Origin: an uncultured virus (IMG/VR IMGVR_UViG_3300034120_000663)
Lineage: Duplodnaviria; Heunggongvirae; Uroviricota; Caudoviricetes
Direction: 5' to 3' (one strand)
Virus record (IMG/VR): IMGVR_UViG_3300034120_000663
Length of the DNA: 64,000 nt
Position 1 is the stretch's first letter; every line of letters starts with the position of its first letter. A program made the translations under genes and the position numbers. Positions 7,879 to 17,140 of this stretch are shown piece by piece. Under the pieces are notes generated by a model that had not been told where the DNA came from, made no database searches, and was given only the letters and a program-made list of their open reading frames with translations.

Positions 7879-8555
7879 GAGTTCTAGTTCCATCAAGAGG
7901 CCGTCCCGGCAACGTTGGCCCTTTGATTGAGAGTTTCCATACTCGTAAAAACGAGGGCACTGAACTGCTCATCATCATTGATGACGACGATGACACATAT
8001 GAGCAGTACCACTGGGAGTGGGATCTTCACAGAGGATCACTCGTGGGTGCTCTTCTTACGACAGAACGCCTTCGTCTTGGTGGAACGCTGAACAAGTTCG
8101 GCCCAGAGATGGCTAATAGGTACGACATTGTCGGCTTTATGGGCGACGATCATCGTCCACGTACTGAAGGATGGGATGTGGAGGTAGCGAAAGCGTGCGC
8201 TAACACTCCCAATGCAGTAGTTTACGGAAACGACCTGTTGCAGGGACAAGCACTAGCGACTGCTGTGTTCATGGACTCTGCCATTATTAAGGCTCTTGGA
8301 TACATGGTGTTCCCAGGCGGCGTACACCTATTCTTCGACAACTTCTGGATGGACATTGGCCGTGGCCTTGGTACTTTGACGTACCTTAGCGACGTAATCA
8401 TCGAACACGTTCATCCCTCCGCTGGCAAGGTGGAGTGGGATCATGGGTACAATGAGGTTAACTCAAGCGATACCTGGATTATGGACGAAAACACATACAA
8501 AGAGTATGTGGCGTATCAACTCTCAAATGATGTGCAGAGAGTACGGTCTTACTGA
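7854..8555 (+). CDS. Glycosyltransferase (GT2/GT-A)
   Basis: VLVPSRGRP, IIIDDDD, FMGDDH, IIEHVHP. Confidence 0.8.
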   Translation: MHQTLPTLGVLVPSRGRPGNVGPLIESFHTRKNEGTELLIIIDDDDDTYEQYHWEWDLHRGSLVGALLTTERLRLGGTLNKFGPEMANRYDIVGFMGDDHRPRTEGWDVEVAKACANTPNAVVYGNDLLQGQALATAVFMDSAIIKALGYMVFPGGVHLFFDNFWMDIGRGLGTLTYLSDVIIEHVHPSAGKVEWDHGYNEVNSSDTWIMDENTYKEYVAYQLSNDVQRVRSY

Positions 8556-9109
8556 TGATTATCAGACTAAGACCCGACTACTCAGAGTCAGAACTCCAAG
8601 AAATCTACGCTAGGCCCAACGATTACACGAACTGGGACTATCACGTACATAGAGTCAATTTGACCATTTCCTTGGGCCTTCAGTTCTTCCGCAAGAACGA
8701 GGGTGTGGTAGTTGACCTTTCGGCAGGTGCCAGACCAGACATTGCGTACGCTTTCAGCGATTCACCTGTACTAGGTGATTACTCTTACCGTGATGGGTAC
8801 CACTACCACGGGAAGATTGAAGACGCAATTAAGAACGTTGGGTCACCATTAGTTGATCTATTCATCCTCTCTGAGACCATTGAGCACGTGTCTGAGCCTG
8901 TTCGTCTTTTAGAAGAGATTAGGGCTAGGTCAAAGAAACTAATCTTGTCAACTCCTGATGGAGAGATAGACTCCAGCAAGCATGAGCATTACTGGGGCTG
9001 GGATGTTGAGGGGATGAGAGAGATCCTTCAATCCTCGGGGTGGCGTCCGCTTATAGTCACTACTATGGATATGAGCGGCATTAAGACACAAATATGGGTG
9101 TGTGAGTGA
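8555..9109 (+). CDS. SAM-dependent methyltransferase-like protein
   Basis: VVDLSAG, SETIEHV, LILSTP; resembles the next gene. Confidence 0.65.
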   Translation: MIIRLRPDYSESELQEIYARPNDYTNWDYHVHRVNLTISLGLQFFRKNEGVVVDLSAGARPDIAYAFSDSPVLGDYSYRDGYHYHGKIEDAIKNVGSPLVDLFILSETIEHVSEPVRLLEEIRARSKKLILSTPDGEIDSSKHEHYWGWDVEGMREILQSSGWRPLIVTTMDMSGIKTQIWVCE

Positions 9110-9705
9110 TGGAGACCAGACTCTTTCCAGAAGGAACGATTCCTGAATACACAACAGATGCGTGGTACGCAGAGAGGGAAAGCGCTCCGCACGTTGATCA
9201 GGATGCCCATCGGCCTCGGCTAGACGTAGCCGCACAGTTCGTGGTTCAGGCGTACGAACCGGGAATGATTGTTGTCGATCTCGGTTCTGGTGACGGAGGA
9301 CTACTATGGTTGATCTCTTCTCAGGTTCCACCCCATCTACGCTGGGGCTACGACCTTCAGCAAAGTAACGTCGATGCTGCCGCTGCTCGCGGTCAGAACG
9401 TCATGTATGGAAACGTATTAACCGACGATATTTCATACGGGGACATATGCGTTACCACTGAGATGCTTGAACACCTCATTGACCCGCACGCGTACGTACG
9501 GCACCTGTCTTCAAAGGTGAAGTACCTAGTAGCAAGTTCTCCTGCATTTGAGACCGCTGACGCCCACTATGAGTACCACACGTGGGCGTGGGATAAAGAC
9601 GGATACGCTGAGATGCTCGTAAACAATGGCTTTAGCGTTGTTCGACATGACATTGTCGGACCATTTCAAGTAGTACTGGCAATCAGCACTCATCTTGACG
9701 TGTAG
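9106..9705 (+). CDS. Class I SAM-dependent methyltransferase
   Basis: VVDLGSGDGGLL, TEMLEHLIDP. Confidence 0.85.
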   Translation: MMETRLFPEGTIPEYTTDAWYAERESAPHVDQDAHRPRLDVAAQFVVQAYEPGMIVVDLGSGDGGLLWLISSQVPPHLRWGYDLQQSNVDAAAARGQNVMYGNVLTDDISYGDICVTTEMLEHLIDPHAYVRHLSSKVKYLVASSPAFETADAHYEYHTWAWDKDGYAEMLVNNGFSVVRHDIVGPFQVVLAISTHLDV

Positions 9706-9707
9706 AA

Positions 9708-10376
9708 ATGTCAACCCCTGTATTCGTAATTGTTCGTGATCGTCTTGAACAACTCAAGAAAACGATTACTGGCCTGGAGAAGGCGCAGGGAATTGACCTT
9801 GTCCTTGTAGACAACGACTCTACGTACGAGCCGACTGTTGAGTACCTACGCCAATCGCAGCACCAAGTGATCTTTACGGGCAGTAACCACGGACATCACA
9901 GTCCGTGGATTCTTGGCTTACTCCCAGAGATCGGCCCGTTTGGGCTTACTGACCCAGATGTATGTCCAGTAGATGAGTGCCCCACAGACTGGCCTGAGAA
10001 GATGCTAGGCGTGCTGCATCGACATGAGCGTCTAATCAAGACTGGGTTCTCTCTGCGGATCGACAACATCCCAGACCACTACCTCTATAAAGACCACGTG
10101 ATCCATCATGAAACCCAGTTCTGGGTAGGTGGTCTTCTAGAAGAGTGGGAAGACGGAACTAAGGTACATGACTCCGCTGTTGACACTACTATGGCGTTCT
10201 ACCGCAACAGAAACGCCGGTTGGGACATCTGGCCATCAGCACGACTAGGTTGGCCCTATACCGCTGAGCACCTTGCTTGGTATGTAGATTCAGCGAATCT
10301 TCTAGAAGACGAGATCTACTACCGGCAACACTGCGATAAGAACGTCGCTTCTTGGAAGTACAACGAGGAACACTGA
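9708..10376 (+). CDS. Glycosyltransferase (GT2-like)
   Basis: VFVIVRDR, LVDNDSTY, TDPD, AVDTT. Confidence 0.8.
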   Translation: MSTPVFVIVRDRLEQLKKTITGLEKAQGIDLVLVDNDSTYEPTVEYLRQSQHQVIFTGSNHGHHSPWILGLLPEIGPFGLTDPDVCPVDECPTDWPEKMLGVLHRHERLIKTGFSLRIDNIPDHYLYKDHVIHHETQFWVGGLLEEWEDGTKVHDSAVDTTMAFYRNRNAGWDIWPSARLGWPYTAEHLAWYVDSANLLEDEIYYRQHCDKNVASWKYNEEH

Positions 10377-10996
10377 TGGAACTGGCACACTTTTACCACG
10401 TCTACGCACTTGGGCAGTGGGAGCATGTGGTTGATCATCACATTCGTGCCCTCAAACGAAGCCCGGTAGGTGCAATCCCTACGTACGTAGGAGTAGTAGG
10501 CGACGCTGGCCCGGTTCTTCGCCGTCTAGCGGATAACGACATTCACGCTAACCTCGTTGCCAACAGTGACGAGGGGTGGGAGCAACTTACCCTCAATGCT
10601 TTGTACGAGTGGTCTGTTGCCAGAGAAGGGCGAGAATCGTACGTGTTGTACACCCACACCAAAGGGGCTGGGTGCGATTACCCGTTACAGGCAACGTGGC
10701 GCAACGAGATGGAATACTGGAACGTAGTCAACGCTGACAAGGCACTTGAAGTTCTGGATTCTGGAGCCTCTACAGCAGGTGTACACTATGTGAGTGGTCT
10801 TCCAGGGCAAGACCCCTACTTTGGGGGCAACTACTGGTGGGCAAGGTCATCGTGTCTTTCCGTGATCGGCCCGCCTGAGATGAACACTAGGTATGATGCC
10901 GAAGTGTGGATTGGGCGAGTTACTCGTCTCGTTCCCGGTTCATTCGCAGTCGATCTAAGCCACACACCAATCGGCCACGGCGCACCAGAGGTGTAG
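10376..10996 (+). CDS. Putative glycosyltransferase
   Basis: HFYHVY, EQLTL, LYTHTKG, FGGNYWWA; TGATG-coupled. Confidence 0.6.
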   Translation: MELAHFYHVYALGQWEHVVDHHIRALKRSPVGAIPTYVGVVGDAGPVLRRLADNDIHANLVANSDEGWEQLTLNALYEWSVAREGRESYVLYTHTKGAGCDYPLQATWRNEMEYWNVVNADKALEVLDSGASTAGVHYVSGLPGQDPYFGGNYWWARSSCLSVIGPPEMNTRYDAEVWIGRVTRLVPGSFAVDLSHTPIGHGAPEV

Positions 10997-11041
10997 TGCT
11001 AGTAGGTGCGTAATTGTATCGTTGGCGCTACAATTGACGAC

Positions 11042-11200
11042 ATGGTCATCACTTACACTGTGTCAACCCAGTTCATTGGTGATGCTCGTGCTGTTGCTAT
11101 GCGTCGTGCCACGGCAGAAGGATGGGGAAGAGCGACAGTGATGAATGTCGTGCGCCTTGACCTAAATACGTACGAAGTGACTCTAGTGGTGAGTAAGTAG
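11042..11200 (+). CDS. Small hypothetical protein
   Basis: 52 aa; TACAAT 11029-11034 lies just upstream. Confidence 0.5.
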   Translation: MVITYTVSTQFIGDARAVAMRRATAEGWGRATVMNVVRLDLNTYEVTLVVSK

Positions 11201-11248
11201 TCGCTGCTAATATTTCCGACAACTACGGTATTCGGACAAGGCGACACT

Positions 11249-12058
11249 ATGACTGTAAACACGCAGTACTTCACTAACTGGCAAGACGGTCGTCAACCCA
11301 ACTCAACGCTGTTTGGCTCCACTTCTCCCGCTCTCCGAGCGGTACGAGAATACCTACTGAAGAGATACGGCGGGGTAGATCTTGGCGGGTATGGAACGCG
11401 CAAGGTTCGTGGAGATGAGGAGTGGTCTTCGCACGCCTTTGGCTCTGCTATTGACTGGCGCTGGTGTAGCGCAGATGCCGACGTAGTGTCGGCAGCACAG
11501 CAACGGAAGATTCTTGATGATCAGATTCTGCCATTCCTCATCAACAACTCTCTTGAACTTGGCATTCAAGCAATTCACGACTACTACGGAGCAGTGCCTG
11601 GAACGGGTCGGCTCTGGCGATCAACCCGCACTAATGGTGTAAGGGGCTGGGTTAACCAGGCCGATTCTCCCACTGGCATGGGGCAACTCTGGGCTAAATG
11701 GCTACACATTGAGGTGTACGAGTCTGCCTGGTCTAACGGCGAACCAGTGGAAAACAAGTTGACTAATACTTCACCTCCTCCAGTTCCTGTCCCAGCGGTT
11801 GTTGTGCCTGCTCCAACTCTGAAGATCGGCAGCAAGGGACCAGAGGTAGTGAAGTTGCAGCAGATCCTGGTCTTCTGGTCATGGGCAAAGAAGCCATTTA
11901 AGATCGATGGCGAATTCGGTGCAATCTCAGAGATTGCTGTTAAGCAGATGCAGCGGGCGCTGAACGTCCCCATTGACGGCAACTACGGCCCCAAGACGGC
12001 AGCCGCTCTACGTAAGTTCCTTGTCAACATGGCCTCGGTTGCCGCTAGTAAGAGTTGA
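11249..12058 (+). CDS. Endolysin: M15-like Zn peptidase plus C-terminal peptidoglycan-binding domain
   Basis: SSHAFGSAID...HIE; Pro linker; LKIGSKGPEVVKLQ...DGEFG...DGNYGPKT. Confidence 0.8.
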   Translation: MTVNTQYFTNWQDGRQPNSTLFGSTSPALRAVREYLLKRYGGVDLGGYGTRKVRGDEEWSSHAFGSAIDWRWCSADADVVSAAQQRKILDDQILPFLINNSLELGIQAIHDYYGAVPGTGRLWRSTRTNGVRGWVNQADSPTGMGQLWAKWLHIEVYESAWSNGEPVENKLTNTSPPPVPVPAVVVPAPTLKIGSKGPEVVKLQQILVFWSWAKKPFKIDGEFGAISEIAVKQMQRALNVPIDGNYGPKTAAALRKFLVNMASVAASKS

Positions 12059-12067
12059 GGAGTACCA

Positions 12068-12331
12068 GTGTCGGCTTGGTCTCTTGTATTCGTGCCTATT
12101 GTCGTAGCGCTTATTGGTGGGCCTCTTATGTGGGCACTGAAGCGTCTTGACGACGACAATACTCGTCAGCACAACGAGGGTCAAAAAGAAGCGGAACGAA
12201 GGCACCTTGAGGCGCTTAACGCTCTTAGCAAGGTCGATACTAAGGTCGACAAAGTAGAAGCAACCGTCAGCGAACTCGCTGACAAACACCATGACCACAT
12301 CGTGTGGCACTTTACAAACAAAAAGGACTGA
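12068..12331 (+). CDS. Membrane-anchored coiled-coil lysis-cassette protein
   Basis: N-terminal TM helix followed by a coiled coil; GAGGAG RBS. Confidence 0.65.
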   Translation: MSAWSLVFVPIVVALIGGPLMWALKRLDDDNTRQHNEGQKEAERRHLEALNALSKVDTKVDKVEATVSELADKHHDHIVWHFTNKKD

Positions 12332-12332
12332 C

Positions 12333-12521
12333 ATGAACGAGCAAGACTGGATTCCAGTAAAGGTACGTGGGTACATCTACCGAGCACTGACTCTGGTAAT
12401 GGGTCTTAACGCTATCTTCGGCTTCTTCAGCGGTGACGTAGTGGCTAAGATCGTGCAGGTAGCAGCCCTGTTTGGCTTTGGTCTGGCGTCTGTACACACA
12501 CCCACTCGTACTGACCGTTGA
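12333..12521 (+). CDS. Putative holin
   Basis: 62 aa, two hydrophobic helices, next to the endolysin. Confidence 0.65.
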   Translation: MNEQDWIPVKVRGYIYRALTLVMGLNAIFGFFSGDVVAKIVQVAALFGFGLASVHTPTRTDR

Positions 12522-12623
12522 TCGGAAGTAGGGCGTACTAGGAACAACTACAGTTGTGGGTCAAACCAGATTGTTGCACTACGCCACTGTCGTTCCTTGC
12601 ATACATACGGTATAGTACGACTA

Positions 12624-13367
12624 ATGATCTCTCAGGCTAAGTACAAACTAACTAGAGGGCTTTCCTGGGAGCGTCTTGTCCTTGTTAAGGACAGGACTAC
12701 TCGTCGCCGTATCTATCCTACTGAGGCGTGGGGCGCAGTCCGTACCGGTACAAACATGACGGTACCTCTAAACGTGAACATCACCAGTGAGGGCGGTCTG
12801 ATGCTTTACCTCACGGATCAGGAAACGGCGGCGTTACCGTTAGGGGATCTAGCGTTTGATGTGGTAGCGGTCATCAGCCGACGTTCCGCCGCAGCAAACG
12901 GTGGGTTTGCCACTACTACTACTCCGGTGGTGGCTGGCACTATTTCCGTGTCAGACCTAGACCTCGTGTCCGACCCCACACTTGGAGCGATTATGAATCT
13001 TCCCATCAAGTTTGCAAAGGGTGAGGACTACTACACCTCGTTTGTCTGGCAAGACGGCGATGGGGACACCCTTACCGTTACCGACGCCTATTTGCAGGCA
13101 AAGGACGCTACTGGGGCGACGGTTATCGACATTCGTTGGTTCGCCACGCCTCCAAACGAGGTTGCTATTGCCGCCTTACCAGGCTCACAACGAGGCTACC
13201 TCACCTGGGTCAACGGCGACAGTTTGGAACTTCATATCTCCGACCTCAACTCAGTAACAGCAGGGTCGTATGAATATGACCTTTTCGTCCAAGGTGCGGT
13301 CAACCAGTGGACAAGGCTCGTTCGTGGCTATGTTACTATTGACCCAAGCGTTTCTGTTCGCCCTTAA
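12624..13367 (+). CDS. Virion structural protein with two tandem similar beta domains
   Basis: Halves both contain L.L.D..T/S...G...F/YD...V.G.I/V. Confidence 0.6.
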   Translation: MISQAKYKLTRGLSWERLVLVKDRTTRRRIYPTEAWGAVRTGTNMTVPLNVNITSEGGLMLYLTDQETAALPLGDLAFDVVAVISRRSAAANGGFATTTTPVVAGTISVSDLDLVSDPTLGAIMNLPIKFAKGEDYYTSFVWQDGDGDTLTVTDAYLQAKDATGATVIDIRWFATPPNEVAIAALPGSQRGYLTWVNGDSLELHISDLNSVTAGSYEYDLFVQGAVNQWTRLVRGYVTIDPSVSVRP

Positions 13368-13384
13368 TCTGTTAGGAGACTCAA

Positions 13385-13822
13385 ATGTCCAAAGGCAATA
13401 CCTGGGAAAACGACCTACTGCTCTTAGTGTTCAACAACACCAATGCGGCCAACATTGGCGATGCAACCGGTCTGCGCGGGTCAACAACAGTGGGGTCTTT
13501 GTTTCTGTCACTGCACACCGCCGACCCCGGTGAAGCAGGCGATCAGACCACCAGTGAGGCGACGTACACGGGGTACGCCCGTGTAGCCGTTGCTCGCACT
13601 ACAGGCGGGTTCACCGTGTCCGCAAACGCAGTCACTCTCGTTGCGAATACGGACTTCGGTGCCTGTACCGCTGGCACCAACACGATCACCCACTTCGCTA
13701 TCGGTACTGCTTCGACTGGTACGGGCAAGGTGCTCTACAAGGGCGCTCTCTCACCGTCCATTTCAGTAACCTCGGGTGTAACCCCTCGCATCCTTTCTGG
13801 CACGATTGTTACTGAGGACTGA
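13385..13822 (+). CDS. Conserved virion structural (fibre-associated) protein
   Basis: LSLHTADPGEAG...YTGYARVAV...ITHFAI; AGGAG RBS. Confidence 0.7.
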   Translation: MSKGNTWENDLLLLVFNNTNAANIGDATGLRGSTTVGSLFLSLHTADPGEAGDQTTSEATYTGYARVAVARTTGGFTVSANAVTLVANTDFGACTAGTNTITHFAIGTASTGTGKVLYKGALSPSISVTSGVTPRILSGTIVTED

Positions 13823-14262
13823 TGTCTGACAACAGCACTCTCCCGGCAACTGGTGATGTGATCGCTACCGATGACATTGGTGGCGTGAATTACCAGCGCA
13901 TCAAGTTGATCCACGGCAGTGATGGAGTCAACGACGGCGACGTGTCGCTCAACAACCCGTACCCGGTCACGCTCACGCAGGGCGAAGTCGTGGAGGCGCT
14001 GGAAGCCATGCGAATGGCAGTGCAGTCACTCAGCCGTTCCATTGGTCAGTCGATGCCTGATGTGGCTGGCCGTCTCCGTGTCGTGGTGGATGCCATCACT
14101 GGCTCTCTGACGTTGGCGACGATCACGACGGTCGGCACGGTGACGACGGTCAGCACGATGACGAACCAGACGCAGGTCGGTGGCAACCCGGCCTTTGAGC
14201 AGATCCCCGCCCTGATGCGCCTCGGTGCCGACTCCCTCCGCAGAAACGTGAGCGTGACCTGA
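13822..14262 (+). CDS. Structural protein, hypothetical
   Basis: IATDDIGGVNYQRIKL; TGATG-coupled. Confidence 0.6.
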   Translation: MSDNSTLPATGDVIATDDIGGVNYQRIKLIHGSDGVNDGDVSLNNPYPVTLTQGEVVEALEAMRMAVQSLSRSIGQSMPDVAGRLRVVVDAITGSLTLATITTVGTVTTVSTMTNQTQVGGNPAFEQIPALMRLGADSLRRNVSVT

Positions 14263-15701
14263 TGCCTACTACCAACGGCAACCGCAAGATTCTCGATTTA
14301 AAGCGGTGGGAGTTCTGCACGCCCGCACCCCTCGCAACCTCGGCGGGTGCATTCATTGCGTCGTCTCGCCACCACCGACAGCAGCAGTTGTATGTGGCGA
14401 GTGCAACGGCGCAGTACCTCTACAACCCTCTTGAAGATGGCTGGACGCAGATTCCCTCGGGAGCGCTGGCGGGCACGTTTGGCGCTGGTGCGTGCGGCAC
14501 TGCTACGGCGATTGGCCCATCCGGTACCGCCACGGGCGGAACAACCTCAACGATCAACACGAACCTCACCCTGGCACGTGACCTGCGTGGGTACTCCATC
14601 CACATCACTGGCGGACCGAACGCTGGCGCGACACTGGCGATCAGCAGCAACACAGTCGGCGCGAACGGCGTCGTCACGGTGCCGACCCAGGCGTCGGCGT
14701 TCACTGCGTCGACCACGTTCCGACTGCTTACGCCCCGCTGGTACGTGCTCAACGCCGTAACGGCGTCGGGCACCACTACGGCGAACCTGTTCAAGTTTTA
14801 CGATTTCGCCACCAACACCTGGGCCTCGGCCGAGACCGGTGCGACGGACGGCATCGCCCCGGCCGCAGTGATCGGCACCGACAGCAAGTTGATCTGCACC
14901 CCGTCATGGCAAGGCTCCGGTTACAAGTCGTTCGCTACTGGTACGGCGACGAGCGCCACGGCTACGACGCTGGTGAACTCGGCAAAGACGTGGACCCCCA
15001 GCCAGTGGATCAACTCCCAGATCCGCATCGTGTCTGGCACTGGAGCCGGTCAGATCCGCACCATCACGGCCAATGACGCCACCTCTGTGACCGTGGCGAC
15101 GTGGACGACGACGCCAGATGCGACGAGCGTCTACAGCATCGAAGGCAATGATGACTTCATCTACTACATGGGCAGCAACGCTGTCACGCTGTTCCGCTAC
15201 AGCATCACGGCGGGCACCTGGACGACGATCACGCCAGGTGTTGCCCGAGGCGCTGCCCCCGGTGCTGGCTTGTCGGGGCACTGGGTCTGGGAAGCGCCCG
15301 ACGCCGCTTGGAATAACGAGTCGGCCATCCTGAACGGTCGGTACATCTACTCCTTCCGTGGTGCCGCTTCGGCGGTGGTTGACCGCTATGACATTGCTGC
15401 GAACACCTGGAACAACGCTCTGACGTACGCTCCGGCGACGGAGACCTTCACGACCGGCTCCAAGTACGTCTACAGGGACGATTCTCTCTACATTCAGAAA
15501 GAAGCCACCGGTCGCTGGTTCCAGCACAACTTCGTCACCAGCGAGCAGAACGGGTGGACGACGATGACCTACACCCAGGGTGCTGCGGTGCTCGGCGACA
15601 CGGCGTTCGATGTGCACTACACCGACGGTGCCACCGAGATCGACTACGTCTACATGGTGCTGAACACATCTACAGTGATGCTTCGCTGCATGGTGATCTG
15701 A
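14262..15701 (+). CDS. Thr/Gly-rich structural protein, beta-propeller/Kelch-like
   Basis: Repeated Y/F-x-Y-D/S...N/G-TW motifs. Confidence 0.65.
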   Translation: MPTTNGNRKILDLKRWEFCTPAPLATSAGAFIASSRHHRQQQLYVASATAQYLYNPLEDGWTQIPSGALAGTFGAGACGTATAIGPSGTATGGTTSTINTNLTLARDLRGYSIHITGGPNAGATLAISSNTVGANGVVTVPTQASAFTASTTFRLLTPRWYVLNAVTASGTTTANLFKFYDFATNTWASAETGATDGIAPAAVIGTDSKLICTPSWQGSGYKSFATGTATSATATTLVNSAKTWTPSQWINSQIRIVSGTGAGQIRTITANDATSVTVATWTTTPDATSVYSIEGNDDFIYYMGSNAVTLFRYSITAGTWTTITPGVARGAAPGAGLSGHWVWEAPDAAWNNESAILNGRYIYSFRGAASAVVDRYDIAANTWNNALTYAPATETFTTGSKYVYRDDSLYIQKEATGRWFQHNFVTSEQNGWTTMTYTQGAAVLGDTAFDVHYTDGATEIDYVYMVLNTSTVMLRCMVI

Positions 15702-15702
15702 G

Positions 15703-15864
15703 ATGAACCATGACGACATTCTTCGGCAGGCTCGCACTTGGGTCGCTCGTCAGACGATGCTTCGTGCTGAAGCAGAGCGGCTTGGGGATGCTGATGCCAT
15801 CTCCCGTGCCGATGCCGAGATTGCAGAAACAGAACAACTGATTGCCGAACTAGAGAGCCTGTGA
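15703..15864 (+). CDS. Small coiled-coil protein (not in ORF track)
   Basis: MNHDDILRQARTWVARQTMLRAEAERLGDADAISRADAEIAETEQLIAELESL fills the gap exactly. Confidence 0.65.
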   Translation: MNHDDILRQARTWVARQTMLRAEAERLGDADAISRADAEIAETEQLIAELESL

Positions 15865-15875
15865 GGAGGTAGGTC

Positions 15876-16850
15876 ATGCCCAGAATCAGTGATCTGACAA
15901 CCCTCACCGGGGCCAATCTGGCCGGGACCGACAAGATCGAAGTTCTTGATGTCTCCGATCCGACGCTGGCTGCCAGCGGCACCAACAAGCAGACGACACT
16001 GGCCGACCTGGCCGTAGCCGTCAACCCGACGCCTGACATTCAGTCGTTCACGGCGAATGGCACCTGGACGAAGCCGACCGGTGCAGCGTTGAGGTGGGCG
16101 CAGGTCACGGTGGTGAGCGGCGCTGGCGGTGGTGGTTCTGGCCGTCGCGGTGCAGCGGGCACGGTGCGTTGTGGTGGCCAGTCTGGCGGCAGTGGCGGCG
16201 TATCGGTAGCGACGTTTCGCATGGCTGACCTGCCCGGCACGGTGTCGGTCACAATCGGTGCTGGTGGTGCTGGTGGGTTGGCGGTCACGACTGACGATAC
16301 GAACGGCAACAATGGCGGCAATGGTGGATCGTCGACGTTCGGATCACTCTTGGCGACAAACATCAGCGGTGGTGGCGGTGGTGGACTGAACAACGGCTCA
16401 GCCGGGACGGGGTTCGGTGGCTCTGGGAACGTGTTTACCCCGCTTGGGGTGGTTTCGCCGTCAGCAACCGGCGGCGCTGGCGGTGCTGCACAGAACCGGT
16501 TTGCGACATCCACTGGTGGCGCTGGTGGCGGTTTGACCGCAGCGAACGTTTCATCGGCTGGTGGCTTGGGCGGCTCTACGTGCACGGTTCAGGCCAACCC
16601 AGCCGCAGGTACTGCTGATGGCGGTGCTGGTGGTGCAGGCGTGAACTCAACGATTCAGCCAGGCGCTTTCGGCGGCTCGTCGGGTGGCGGCGGTGGTGCG
16701 GGCAACGCAGCCGGAACTGTCGCAGGTGGTGCAGGCGGTGCCGGTGGCTACGGCTCCAGCGGTGGCGGGGGTGGCGCATCGACCAACGGTGCGAACAGTG
16801 GCGCAGGTGGCGCAGGAGGCGGAGGTTTCGTCATGGTGGTGTGTTTCTGA
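15876..16850 (+). CDS. Glycine-rich fibre protein
   Basis: FTANGTWTKP followed by GxGGxGG repeats; GAGGAGG RBS. Confidence 0.75.
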   Translation: MPRISDLTTLTGANLAGTDKIEVLDVSDPTLAASGTNKQTTLADLAVAVNPTPDIQSFTANGTWTKPTGAALRWAQVTVVSGAGGGGSGRRGAAGTVRCGGQSGGSGGVSVATFRMADLPGTVSVTIGAGGAGGLAVTTDDTNGNNGGNGGSSTFGSLLATNISGGGGGGLNNGSAGTGFGGSGNVFTPLGVVSPSATGGAGGAAQNRFATSTGGAGGGLTAANVSSAGGLGGSTCTVQANPAAGTADGGAGGAGVNSTIQPGAFGGSSGGGGGAGNAAGTVAGGAGGAGGYGSSGGGGGASTNGANSGAGGAGGGGFVMVVCF

Positions 16851-17137
16851 TGGCCGTTCAACGCTGGGTCGTCCTCGCTGCCGATGGCGTGCCGCAGAAC
16901 GTCGTCATGTGGGACGCCGACGACGCACCCGACTGGGAGCCACCGGAGGGCTGCACTGTCCGTCTTGATGATGGCACCCCAATTGAGTTGAGCGACGCTC
17001 CACAACAGGCCGTTCAGCCAACTGCCGATGACAAACTCGCTGCCGCCAGCAGCGCTCTGGCCGCTATCGACTCAGCAACAACCGTCAATAACATCGTTGC
17101 TATCCTCACGGAGTTGAAGAACGCACTGGAGCAGTGA
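16850..17137 (+). CDS. Fibre assembly chaperone-like protein
   Basis: NVVMWD...WEPPEG after the Gly-rich fibre; TGATG-coupled. Confidence 0.55.
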   Translation: MAVQRWVVLAADGVPQNVVMWDADDAPDWEPPEGCTVRLDDGTPIELSDAPQQAVQPTADDKLAAASSALAAIDSATTVNNIVAILTELKNALEQ

Positions 17138-17140
17138 TCT

